A stretch of DNA of 64,000 nucleotides from an uncultured bacterium. Lineage in GTDB: Bacteria > Bacillota > Clostridia > Oscillospirales > CAG-272. A model generated the notes under the pieces. That model was not told the origin of the DNA, made no database searches, and was given only the letters and a program-made list of their open reading frames with translations. A program made the translations under genes and the position numbers. How positions within the stretch are numbered: the first letter of the stretch is position 1; each line of letters opens with the position of its first letter. The DNA is taken from contig CAMEJM010000007.1 of the NCBI GenBank assembly GCA_945920215.1, positions 598 through 64,597 of the forward strand, written 5' to 3'. Positions 8,201 to 15,810 of the stretch are shown here, piece after piece.

Positions 8201-9489
8201 TCTGCAAAAGGAATACTCTTGGCTTTGAAAATCGTATCTGGCAGCTTGTCTTCCAACGAACACTTCACCATACAGAGGAACCTGCCCCAATGAGCTTCCG
8301 CATTATTCTGATTCATGCGCAGCACATTGTCGTATTCAATCATCGCATTTTTGAAAGACGAATGATTGCGCTGGTTGCGGGCACTCTGTAAGGCTCTTTC
8401 TTCCCCGGCGGAGATCTGAATCTCGCTCCCGCCTTTACCGCCGATGACCACGCGCTCCCGCGTTCCGCTGTATTCAAAGCCTGTCGCGTCATTCGTAAAG
8501 TCGGTCTGCACCGTCCGCTTCTTGATTTTGGAGGCAAGCCCCTTACTGCTCTTGACAAAGCTCAGCTTCGACTCAAGCTGACTGAACATATCCCCCTTGA
8601 ACATATCCACGCTCGGCAATTGCTTTTCTGCCAGCGCCGGGGGAAGCACCGGAAAGCTGTGGTTGTATACGTAGATCAGGGACACCTTATTCTTTTTGCC
8701 CTTGTCCATGTAGTAGAGATACCTTTTCCACTCGTTCTCTACCCACTGTGCCTCCAGATATTCCTTTTTGCTCCCCAGCAATATCATCGCCTGCGAGGTT
8801 TGCAGGGCTTTCAGAATCCGCGGCTCGTATTTTTTCCCCTCTATCTCGTGGTCCTTTCCGATCGATTCCGGAGAGAAAAACACACGGTATTTGCCTTTCA
8901 GGTGTTCATATATCTCGCGTGCCTTTTCATAGTCGTCAGTGTAAACCGTCCGGACCTCGCCATCCGCCCTCGTCACCTGTTCAGACATCTTGAATGAAAT
9001 GAAAATGTCATAGGAGGTCTCTTTCGCCACCAACTCAAAAAACTCTTTGAGCAGCGCATCCAGTTCCCGCCCCTTTTCCTCGTAGTAATTTCTGTCTTCT
9101 TCACTCGGCGCGTACTTCAGCGCGTTTGTGTAATAGGGGTTTTCCAGCACCGAGATCCTCTCGTCGTAGGTGTAACTGAAAAAGGTCGGTTTGGTTTCAC
9201 CCGTCTCCTTTTCCTTTACATACACCACTCCCAGCGACGACAGCAGCGCCTGCCAGCTTGCTTCACTGCTCTCCGGCTGCTTCTCAAGCAAGGCCTTGCA
9301 CAATTCCTCTGCCTTGATGAACTCCCTGATCTGACGGCGGTTTGTAATGTCCGCGAGCTCCGCAGAGCAGGACTCCGCCCCGCTCCGATACGCTCTCCCG
9401 CAATACACGCAGGTTGGGATGCCCGTCCTTGCATTCGGTTTTAACTCCCCACCGCAGGTCAAACATTTTGTGATTACTTCCTGTCCCAT
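5233..9489 (-). CDS. 1418-aa multidomain protein: Zn-ribbon / TIR / TPR-like helical repeats / BspA-type LRR / 3 TM helices / B-repeat-like ectodomain / Hint domain + 70-aa tail
   Basis: Start moved to ATG 9489 (GGGGAGAG SD 6 nt upstream), giving MGQEVITKCLTCGGELK..CVYCG. TIR: YDIFISFKMSE..YRVFFSPESI..AMILLGSKKEYLEAQWVENEWKRY. LRR: VGIGAEAFQGCKTLRSVTIPDTVTHIGFRAFFDCTNLVSVTVPGSVRSIGNEAFAYCRKL. TM segments lie at aa ~921-941, 956-980 and 1003-1022. Hint: CLAEGTRIMLADGTTKAVEELQTGDILL..IVGEHGLF..VYNPASVWHINLIA. Confidence 0.8.
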   Translation of the reverse strand: MGQEVITKCLTCGGELKPNARTGIPTCVYCGRAYRSGAESCSAELADITNRRQIREFIKAEELCKALLEKQPESSEASWQALLSSLGVVYVKEKETGETKPTFFSYTYDERISVLENPYYTNALKYAPSEEDRNYYEEKGRELDALLKEFFELVAKETSYDIFISFKMSEQVTRADGEVRTVYTDDYEKAREIYEHLKGKYRVFFSPESIGKDHEIEGKKYEPRILKALQTSQAMILLGSKKEYLEAQWVENEWKRYLYYMDKGKKNKVSLIYVYNHSFPVLPPALAEKQLPSVDMFKGDMFSQLESKLSFVKSSKGLASKIKKRTVQTDFTNDATGFEYSGTRERVVIGGKGGSEIQISAGEERALQSARNQRNHSSFKNAMIEYDNVLRMNQNNAEAHWGRFLCMVKCSLEDKLPDTIFKAKSIPFAEFHRAIECSNDEQFSWACVDAMLACLDADEKWAKIQPLYDEILKYLDDKRVDVALTSLLRRCCFNAETSPKESESVFAQARRLFSEENRMQCLSVMRKYANTLRRCGHYDLAQKYYEELASAERQGKDYLHLLECRLKTDEIERTAFSLEATPAEDAATKHLSELTPAEIIERIIICDYKKQNSAAMGSLERMVKYQVSYNKKAAKIFVETVVGTYDALGEEERVNAFLMELAELCVAERDYKNAEVYFKEYLARDETSAQAHWGLLKCHMKADSDLALLKRHNKLYDMQDFQNAKNCASDFQYEYYMSIGNGDSRVLAVEAELMRTLKYRNKGEGVEIIGGVREALSRRSDCDFTVPSHVDGKRVVGIGAEAFQGCKTLRSVTIPDTVTHIGFRAFFDCTNLVSVTVPGSVRSIGNEAFAYCRKLATVNIPKNVRNLGLNVFSSCENLLYVTVGDSTCSPDDLNHRMAAAGERNRTSEEKARKRYVRGRVVRSCIFFLPAVLAVLIGIDVFTKSHGLMDKINATGGLSVGLARFFYIVFCIAAVGTALGLNYGMSSNETYESYVKQNKKQYGKAAVLVALLSLVIVSLNLSQAIPNLVSKNKVRFECEDGTIAMEYVNKGERLKLPADTKADSSQNDYIVKYVFEGWMIDGELYREGQWYTPDHWVTAVPQFSEEQWCTLKISESYAQVMLEFESEALKSQWKTDGTLPLGTRVTASATFSYSDVSGQSFSVNGNSVSNPYTFTLNKNTTVSASSWDTSCLAEGTRIMLADGTTKAVEELQTGDILLVFNHETGRYEASPILVNVHAGEEAALRDVVNLSFSDGGELRIVGEHGLFDRDLNQYVYINADNADGFVGHRFVSVAYENGEAVSRTVVLNEVTVTNEFMKVYNPASVWHINLIADRMLTLSAGMVNLFAYDENMKYDEALMAADIAEWGLYTYDDFKDYIPLEVFNAFPFRYYKVAVGKGLITFKEVLWLIGFYNDPASLK

Positions 9490-9691
9490 GCAACTCTCCC
9501 CGGTCCATATTGATTTTTCGTATAAAAAGCAAAAAAGCGTATCCGAAAAAGGGTACGCAGTAAAAACGCCCGCTCCCCCATCCTTTGCCCATCTAATACA
9601 CTGCTTGTTAAGCATCGGCGGAAGAAAACAGCTTTCCGCTTGCAATTTGCGATCCGGAGCAGCGCATTTTCAAGTTCACATTTCTGTTATA

Positions 9692-9720
9692 ATGTTACCA
9701 TTTTGTTGCATACTTGTCAA
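9692..9720 (-). promoter_or_regulatory. Candidate sigma-A promoter for the TIR/ESCRT-like operon
   Basis: On the minus strand: TTGACA (9720-9715), 17 nt, TAACAT (9697-9692) preceded by TGg. It lies in an AT-rich intergenic region, about 200 nt upstream of ATG 9489. Confidence 0.4.
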
Positions 9721-9835
9721 TAATATCTGTATTTTATTTATATAAATATACCGTGCCTGCGGTGCGCGCGGGCGGGCGCGAGAGACCCGTTTGCCCGTTC
9801 GTCTCCGTTTTGCGGAAAGGTATCTGTCAAAATGC

Positions 9836-9866
9836 AAAACGGTCTCCCGCAAGGAAAGACCGTTTT
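9836..9866. terminator. Hairpin terminator downstream of the DUF898 gene (bidirectional-looking)
   Basis: aaaacggtct / agaccgtttt form a 10-bp stem with an 11-nt loop. U-rich flanks sit partly inside the stem. Confidence 0.5.
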
Positions 9867-9882
9867 GGTTCCGAAATACCGG

Positions 9883-10194
9883 TTATTGTGCGACAGGGGT
9901 TGTATGGGTGTGCTTGACCACCCATTTTTTCAGATTGATGCCCATCCAGAAGCTGTAAATGCCGAGGGTGATCAAGGTCAGCAAAAACCACTTGATATAA
10001 TTGCCGAACAGTTGTCCCCCGGTGCCGTCAAAGGTCAGCTGCACGCCGTCGATCACGGTATGCTTCACATACCATCTCTCCTTGAAGCAGATCGCCCAAG
10101 GCGTGCCGATCCCCAGCGTCAACAGCGTGATAAAAAACTGCGCGATGCCTACCCCGATAAGTCCTAAAAGTCCGCCGGTGAATTTGGATTCCAT
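9883..10194 (-). CDS. DUF898/YjgN-family small membrane protein
   Basis: 103 aa with two hydrophobic hairpins. FDGTGGQLFGNYIKWFLLTLITLGIYSFW is typical of the family. GGGAGG SD. Confidence 0.7.
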   Translation of the reverse strand: MESKFTGGLLGLIGVGIAQFFITLLTLGIGTPWAICFKERWYVKHTVIDGVQLTFDGTGGQLFGNYIKWFLLTLITLGIYSFWMGINLKKWVVKHTHTTPVAQ

Positions 10195-10416
10195 ATGTTC
10201 CTCCCGATGTCAGTATTATATCTTACGGACAAGCCGTCTGATACCGCACTCTGATATTGCTCTGAAACTAAAATAACGGATAGACAGCCCGGTGTCAATG
10301 CATATCCGCACTTTTTGACGAACCGGGGAGAAAAAATCGGAAGAACAAACAAATCCGATACCGGAATCCGTACATTTTTCACAAAAGAGGTCTTTCGGCA
10401 AGATGTCTGACGCGCC

Positions 10417-10710
10417 TCAGCGGAATTCTTTTTCGGTTGCCTTATCGTCGAGGGGGATTTCGAAATCGTCGGGATTCTCCTCCATTTTGTGGGCGATCCG
10501 TTCGGTTTCTTTCTTTTCTTTCTCCTCCTCGCACAGCTGCCAGAACAGATATCCGCCGCCCACCGCCTCAAACGCGGAGACAGCCAGAAACGCCTGTGCC
10601 AGACTGCGGCGCTTTGCCGCCTGCAAAAGGAACAGGATAAAGAACGTCAGCGCCTGCACCAGCAGCGCAACCGCCGTGATCAGGCGGGATTTTCTCAGTA
10701 ACTTTCCCAT
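10417..10710 (-). CDS. Small membrane protein, hypothetical
   Basis: 97 aa with two TM segments and an acidic tail. It starts 14 nt after the prfB stop. Confidence 0.5.
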   Translation of the reverse strand: MGKLLRKSRLITAVALLVQALTFFILFLLQAAKRRSLAQAFLAVSAFEAVGGGYLFWQLCEEEKEKKETERIAHKMEENPDDFEIPLDDKATEKEFR

Positions 10711-10723
10711 ATCGGAGCCTCCT

Positions 10724-11833
10724 TTATTTTTTGGCGTTCATGGTCAGATATGCGTTGATAAAGCCGTCGATGTCTCCGTCCATGACCGCTTGAATGTTGC
10801 CGTTTTCAAAGCCCGTGCGGGTGTCCTTGGCGAGCGTATAGGGCATGAATACGTAGGAACGGATCTGCGCCCCCCATTCGATGTTGGTTTTCACACCCTG
10901 AATATCGGATATTTTGTCAAGGTGCTCCCGCACTTTGATTTCCATCAGCTTGGAGCGCAGCATCTTCATGGCAGTCTCTTTGTTCTGCAACTGCGAACGC
11001 TCTGTCTGGCATCCTACCACAATGCCGGTGGGCAGATGGACAATGCGGATGGCGGAGTCGGTCTTGTTGATGTGCTGCCCGCCGGCGCCGCTCGAACGGT
11101 GCGCCGTGACTTCAATATCCTCGGGGCGGATTTCCACGCTGTTGTCATCCTCAAATTCCGGCATCACCTCCACCGATGCAAACGAGGTCTGCCGTCTGCC
11201 GGAGGCGTCGAACGGCGAGATGCGTACCAGCCGATGCACGCCGTTTTCGCTCTTGAGGTAACCGTATGCCCACGGCCCTTCGATCATAATCGTGGCGGAT
11301 TTGAGGCCTGCTTCGTCTCCGTCCAGCCAGTCGATGAGTTTGACGTTGTAGCCGTGCGCTTCGCCCCAGCGGCAGTACATACGGTACAGCATGGACGCCC
11401 AGTCCTGCGCCTCGGTGCCGCCGGCGCCGGGGTGGAACGAAAGAATGGCGTTGTTGTAGTCGTACTCTCCTGTGAGCAGAGTCTCAAGGCGCATACGCTC
11501 GGCTTCTTTTGCGATGAATTCCACCTCCGCGCGTATTTCGTCGACCGTGCTCTCGTCGTTTTCCTCGATCGACATTTCGATCAGCACGCCCGCGTCCTCA
11601 TAGCGGCGCACCAGCGCTTCATATTCCTCGATAGTGTCTTTGTGCTGTTTGAGCTTCTGCAGGATTTTCCCCGATTTTTCCTGGTCCGACCAGAAATCGG
11701 GGGCGTAGGTCTTGGCTTCCAACTCCTTGACCTCCTCCGCCATGGCGTCAATATGCAACGATTCCCGCAGTTGGCGCACGGGCTCCTCCAGGGTTGCCAG
11801 CTGTCTTTTCGCTTCTTCGAGCGCGATAATCAA
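10724..11833 (-). CDS. prfB: Peptide chain release factor 2
   Basis: SPF tripeptide (ISPFDASGRRQTSFA) and GGQ motif (SGAGGQHINKTDSAIR). Start set at TTG 11833, 7 nt after GGGAGGA. There is a continuous frame, so no +1 frameshift site. Confidence 0.9.
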   Translation of the reverse strand: MIIALEEAKRQLATLEEPVRQLRESLHIDAMAEEVKELEAKTYAPDFWSDQEKSGKILQKLKQHKDTIEEYEALVRRYEDAGVLIEMSIEENDESTVDEIRAEVEFIAKEAERMRLETLLTGEYDYNNAILSFHPGAGGTEAQDWASMLYRMYCRWGEAHGYNVKLIDWLDGDEAGLKSATIMIEGPWAYGYLKSENGVHRLVRISPFDASGRRQTSFASVEVMPEFEDDNSVEIRPEDIEVTAHRSSGAGGQHINKTDSAIRIVHLPTGIVVGCQTERSQLQNKETAMKMLRSKLMEIKVREHLDKISDIQGVKTNIEWGAQIRSYVFMPYTLAKDTRTGFENGNIQAVMDGDIDGFINAYLTMNAKK

Positions 11834-11861
11834 GGTTGTATCCTCCCAAATGCTTACACAG

Positions 11862-11890
11862 ATAGTATGGACGCGCACGGCGCGGGTCAA
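11862..11890 (-). promoter_or_regulatory. Candidate promoter for prfB
   Basis: On the minus strand: TTGACC, 17 nt, TACTAT. Confidence 0.45.
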
Positions 11891-11960
11891 ACGGCGGCGC
11901 TATTCATTTAATATTATCATATCTTTTCGGAGTTGTAAAGGGTGACGCCGTTATTTTTCC

Positions 11961-11989
11961 TTGACATCGGGTATCATAATCGGTATAAT
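11961..11989 (+). promoter_or_regulatory. Sigma-A type promoter for the DUF1858-trmK-nif3 operon
   Basis: TTGACA (11961-11966), 17 nt, TATAAT (11984-11989). Confidence 0.65.
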
Positions 11990-12036
11990 CATAGTGTTAA
12001 AACAGAAAGGAGCGCGGAGTATTTCCGCATACAAAT

Positions 12037-12237
12037 ATGGTTGTCACGAAAGATATGATTATCGGAGACGTGCTGGACGTCGCCCCCGAAACCGCAGAGT
12101 TCTTCTTTGAGATCGGGATGCACTGCCTCGGCTGCCCCCATTCCCGCGGGGAAAGCATTGAGGACGCCTGCCTCGTACACGGCGCAGACCTCGACGCTCT
12201 GCTCGAAAAAATCAACGCCGCAGTGGCAGATAAATAA
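12037..12237 (+). CDS. DUF1858 / hybrid-cluster-protein-associated redox disulfide domain protein
   Basis: 66 aa containing GMHCLGCPHSRGESIEDAC..HG.DLD.LL, the family signature. Confidence 0.8.
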   Translation: MVVTKDMIIGDVLDVAPETAEFFFEIGMHCLGCPHSRGESIEDACLVHGADLDALLEKINAAVADK

Positions 12238-12238
12238 A

Positions 12239-12940
12239 ATGCCGAAAACCGCTCTCGATGCGCGCCTGCGCGCGGCGGCGGAGTATGTCAGGCAGGAGGC
12301 GTACTTTGCCGATATCGGCACCGATCACGCTTACCTGCCTGTTTTTCTCTTACAGGAGGGAAAGATCCGGCGCGCCGTCTGCGCCGATATTGCGGCGGGT
12401 CCCCTGTCCCGCGCCCGGAAAACCGTGGAAACGGCGGGGCTTGCCGACCGCGTCCTGCTCCTGCAAACCGACGGCCTGCAGGGGTTGGAAGCACTGGGAC
12501 TGACCGACATTGCGCTCTGCGGCATGGGCGGAGAGCTGATTGCCGCGATTTTGGACGCCGCGCCCTTTGTGCGCGACCCTCGGATCCGGCTGATCCTGCA
12601 ACCCATGACCCGTGCGGCGCACCTGCGGCGGTATCTTGCCGCCAACGGCTTCGCCGTGGAGCGGGAAAGCCTGTGCCGGGCGGCGGGCCGGCTCTACGCC
12701 TGCCTGTGCGCGCATTACACGGGGGAGCCGTATTTCCTGACCCCGGCGGAAGCGGAGCTGGGATATTATGAAGTGCACGAGGGGCGGTCCGACCCGCTCT
12801 TTCCCGCCTATCTCGCCGCTCGGATTCAAACGGTGCGGCGCCGCGTGATCGGGCAGCACGCCGGCGGAGGCGACGCCCGCGAAAACGAAACGCTACTCAA
12901 AGAAATGGAGGCGCTGTATGACCGTCAAGGAGCTTTATGA
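12239..12940 (+). CDS. trmK: tRNA (adenine22-N1)-methyltransferase TrmK
   Basis: DIGTDHAYLPVFLL..CADIAAGPL..GMGGELI motifs. Start at ATG 12239, directly after the upstream stop. The longer ORF-track start overlaps the DUF1858 gene. Confidence 0.8.
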   Translation: MPKTALDARLRAAAEYVRQEAYFADIGTDHAYLPVFLLQEGKIRRAVCADIAAGPLSRARKTVETAGLADRVLLLQTDGLQGLEALGLTDIALCGMGGELIAAILDAAPFVRDPRIRLILQPMTRAAHLRRYLAANGFAVERESLCRAAGRLYACLCAHYTGEPYFLTPAEAELGYYEVHEGRSDPLFPAYLAARIQTVRRRVIGQHAGGGDARENETLLKEMEALYDRQGAL

Positions 12941-13676
12941 CCGCCTGTCGCTGACCTTCCCCGACAGCCTGCGCTGCGACTGGGACAGGGACGGACTGAT
13001 GCTGTGCGCCAACCCCGCAAAACCGGTCGGGCGCGTGCTGACCGCTTTGGACGTCACCCCCGCCGCCGTACAGGCGGCGATCGAGGCGGAAGCGGATGTG
13101 ATCATTTCCCACCACCCCGTCTTCTTTCACCCCCTGCCCGCACTGACCCGTACGGTGCCGGCGGCGGACAAGGCGCTCAACCTGCTCTCCCACGGCATTT
13201 CGGTCATGTGCTTTCACACCCGTGCGGACGCGGCGCCGGGCGGCGTCGGCGATCTGCTCGCCGATACCATGGAACTCGCCGACGTTGCAAGCGCGGGAGA
13301 GAACGGCATTCTGAAAATCGGCGTCCTGCCGCGGCACCTGACCGCCATGGAGCTTGCCGCGCAGGTGAAGGACAAACTCGCAACGCCTGCCGTGACGGTG
13401 GCGGACGCCGGAGCGCCCATTCGCTTCCTCGCCGTCTGCGGCGGGGAGGGCGACGATATGATAGAAGCCGCGAAAGCGGGCGGCGCGGACGCGCTTCTGG
13501 CAGGGCGCGTCGGATACCACAAAATGCAGGACGCCGCCGAGGCGGGCTTGACCGTTCTGGAAGCCGGGCACTGGTACACCGAGATCGCCGTGACCGCCCT
13601 GTTTGCCCGTCTTGTCGAGGAAGCGTCCGGCGCCGAAGTCATACGGTTTACCGAGCCGCCCGTGGCTGTGGTGTGA
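12918..13676 (+). CDS. Nif3-family dinuclear metal centre protein (YqfO-like)
   Basis: DWDRDGL, VIISHHPVFF and C-terminal GHWYTE motifs. The trmK-nif3 adjacency matches B. subtilis yqfN-yqfO. Confidence 0.85.
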   Translation: MTVKELYDRLSLTFPDSLRCDWDRDGLMLCANPAKPVGRVLTALDVTPAAVQAAIEAEADVIISHHPVFFHPLPALTRTVPAADKALNLLSHGISVMCFHTRADAAPGGVGDLLADTMELADVASAGENGILKIGVLPRHLTAMELAAQVKDKLATPAVTVADAGAPIRFLAVCGGEGDDMIEAAKAGGADALLAGRVGYHKMQDAAEAGLTVLEAGHWYTEIAVTALFARLVEEASGAEVIRFTEPPVAVV

Positions 13677-13692
13677 TGATTTTCACGCCCTA

Positions 13693-13721
13693 TTGACACC
13701 AAAATACAAAATCTGTATAAT
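13693..13721 (+). promoter_or_regulatory. Consensus sigma-A promoter for tyrS
   Basis: TTGACA (13693-13698), 17 nt, TATAAT (13716-13721). Confidence 0.7.
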
Positions 13722-13770
13722 AATCGCGTAAATTGCGCGCGCCGAGGCTTGTCCCAAGGCGCGCATTCAC

Positions 13771-15003
13771 ATGAAAAGGAACGAAACCATGACTCTCTAC
13801 GACGAGCTTGTTGCCCGCGGTCTGATCGCGCAGGTAACCAACGAGGAAGAAATCAAAAAAATGATCAACCGCGGCGAGGCGGTCTTTTATATCGGCTTTG
13901 ACCCCACGGCGGATTCCCTCCATGTGGGGCACTTCATGGCGCTGTGCCTGATGAAGCGTTTGCAGATGGCAGGCAATAAGCCCATTGTCCTGATCGGCGG
14001 CGGCACCGCCATGATAGGCGACCCCTCCGGCAGAACCGATATGCGCAAAATGATGACCGAGGAAACCATCGCGCACAACGTGGAGTGCTTCAAACGCCAG
14101 ATGAGCCGCTTCATCGATTTTTCCGAGGGGAAAGCGATTGTGGTCAACAACGCGGACTGGCTGCTCAAGCTCAACTATGTGGAGCTGCTCCGCGATGTGG
14201 GCGCCTGCTTCTCGGTCAACAATATGCTGCGCGCGGAATGCTATAAGCAGCGGATGGAGCACGGGCTGTCTTTTCTCGAATTCAACTATATGATCATGCA
14301 GTCCTACGACTTTTTGGAATTGTACAAGCGCTACGGCTGCAATATGCAGTTCGGCGGCGACGACCAGTGGTCGAATATGCTGGGCGGCACCGAGCTGATC
14401 CGCCGCAAGCTGGGCAAGGACGCGCACGCCATGACCATCACCCTCCTGCTGAACTCCGAGGGCAAGAAGATGGGAAAGACCCAGTCGGGCGCCGTCTGGC
14501 TTGACCCCGAAAAAACTTCTCCCTACGATTTTTATCAGTACTGGCGCAACGTCGACGACAAGGACGTGCTCAAGTGCATCCGTATGCTGACCTTCCTGCC
14601 CTTGGAGCAAATCGATGAGATGGAGACGTGGGAGGGCAGCCGCCTCAACGAAGCCAAGGATATCCTCGCCTACGAGCTGACTTCGCTGGTGCACGGCAAG
14701 GAAGCGGCGGAAGCCGCGCGCACAGCCGCCCGCTCCCTGTTCGGCGGCGATATGTCCGACGCCCCCGCTGTTACCCTGACCGCCGCCGACCTGACCGACG
14801 GTACCGTCGACCTGATCTCCCTGCTTGTCAAGGGCAATATGGTTCCCTCGCGCTCCGAGGGGCGCCGCGCCGTGGAGCAAGGCGGCGTGACCGTGGACGG
14901 CGAAAAGGTCACAGATCTGCGCAAGACCTTTACCGTGGAGGAGCTGCAAAAAGGAGTTCTTGTCAAACGCGGCAAGAAAACCTTTGCCAAGTTCGTGCTG
15001 TAA
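13771..15003 (+). CDS. tyrS: Tyrosine--tRNA ligase
   Basis: HVGH (class I HIGH) and KMGKT (KMSKS) motifs, plus a C-terminal S4-like domain. 410 aa. Confidence 0.95.
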   Translation: MKRNETMTLYDELVARGLIAQVTNEEEIKKMINRGEAVFYIGFDPTADSLHVGHFMALCLMKRLQMAGNKPIVLIGGGTAMIGDPSGRTDMRKMMTEETIAHNVECFKRQMSRFIDFSEGKAIVVNNADWLLKLNYVELLRDVGACFSVNNMLRAECYKQRMEHGLSFLEFNYMIMQSYDFLELYKRYGCNMQFGGDDQWSNMLGGTELIRRKLGKDAHAMTITLLLNSEGKKMGKTQSGAVWLDPEKTSPYDFYQYWRNVDDKDVLKCIRMLTFLPLEQIDEMETWEGSRLNEAKDILAYELTSLVHGKEAAEAARTAARSLFGGDMSDAPAVTLTAADLTDGTVDLISLLVKGNMVPSRSEGRRAVEQGGVTVDGEKVTDLRKTFTVEELQKGVLVKRGKKTFAKFVL

Positions 15004-15066
15004 TAGCCGAAAACACGCCAATCGGAAAGCAACGGGATTCCGCGGCGGAACCCCCAAAACCCCAAA

Positions 15067-15094
15067 GGGGCGGCGCGTTGCGCCGCCCCTTTTC
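15067..15094 (+). terminator. Rho-independent terminator after tyrS
   Basis: ggggcggcgc / gcgccgcccc stem followed by TTTT. Confidence 0.8.
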
Positions 15095-15137
15095 AGACAA
15101 TTCCACTCTGTCACACAATATCAAGGAGGAAAACGGA

Positions 15138-15785
15138 ATGATACCGAATTGGAAAATCTATCCCCGCTCTCAGGGGCACAGCACGGTTTATCTGAAAAAC
15201 GTGGTCACCGACCCCACCATCGAGGTAGGGGATCATACCATGTATGACGATTTTGTCAACGACCCCCGTGATTTTCAGAGAAACAATGTTCTTTACCACT
15301 ACCCGGCGTGCAATCCCGAAAAGCTGGTGATAGGCAAATTCTGCTCCATCGCCTGTGGCGCGAAGTTCTTGTTTAACAGTGCGAACCACGCCCTCGGAAG
15401 TCTCTCCACCTACCCTTTCCCCATCTTTTTTGAAGAATGGGGCTTGAGCTCCGATACCGCCGCCATCGCGCAGGCGTGGGATAACAAAGGAGACATTGTC
15501 ATCGGCAACGACGTCTGGATAGGATACGAAGCGGTGATTCTCGCCGGCGTGACGATCGGAGACGGCGCCGTGATCGGAGCGCGCGCCGTCGTGACAAAGG
15601 ATGTGCCGCCCTATACCATTGTCGGCGGCGTACCTGCAAAACCCATTCGCCGCCGCTTTGACGACAAAACCGTCGCAGAGCTGGAACGCCTGTGCTGGTG
15701 GGACTGGGACGAAGAAAAGATCAGGGGGAATCTCCCCGCCATCCAAAGCGGCGACATCGCCGCGCTGTTACGTGACCGGGAGTAA
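15138..15785 (+). CDS. vat: Vat-family xenobiotic (streptogramin A-type) O-acetyltransferase, hexapeptide-repeat
   Basis: [71 protein letters not shown], ending ..WWDW. AAGGAGGA SD. Confidence 0.85.
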   Translation: MIPNWKIYPRSQGHSTVYLKNVVTDPTIEVGDHTMYDDFVNDPRDFQRNNVLYHYPACNPEKLVIGKFCSIACGAKFLFNSANHALGSLSTYPFPIFFEEWGLSSDTAAIAQAWDNKGDIVIGNDVWIGYEAVILAGVTIGDGAVIGARAVVTKDVPPYTIVGGVPAKPIRRRFDDKTVAELERLCWWDWDEEKIRGNLPAIQSGDIAALLRDRE

Positions 15786-15810
15786 TAAGTGTTGCACTTC
15801 ACTTGACAAT

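Noticed and set aside
9490-9645. 52-codon N-terminal extension of the giant ORF (MQAESCFLPP...)
   Set aside because: It has no SD and an odd Cys/Phe-rich composition. The ATG at 9489 has a GGGGAGAG SD and begins directly with the Zn-ribbon.
10195-10416. Possible riboswitch or small ORF (10216-10401) between the DUF898 gene and the small membrane gene
   Set aside because: A TATAAT at 10215-10220 close to the DUF898 start leaves only a short leader. The 61-aa ORF has no SD and an odd composition, and no known RNA motif was recognised.
11760-11900. Programmed +1 frameshift site (CUU UGA C) expected in prfB
   Set aside because: The RF2 frame reads continuously through the equivalent position (..LRESLHIDAMAEE..). 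An SD-preceded TTG start at 11833 gives a normal 369-aa protein, so no frameshift is needed.
13677-13770. T-box leader upstream of tyrS
   Set aside because: Only about 50 nt lie between the consensus promoter and the start codon. That leaves no room for specifier and antiterminator structures, and no T-box sequence is seen.
13690-15114. 474-aa minus-strand ORF
   Set aside because: It is antisense to tyrS (HIGH/KMSKS present on the plus strand). The composition is typical of GC-rich antisense frames.
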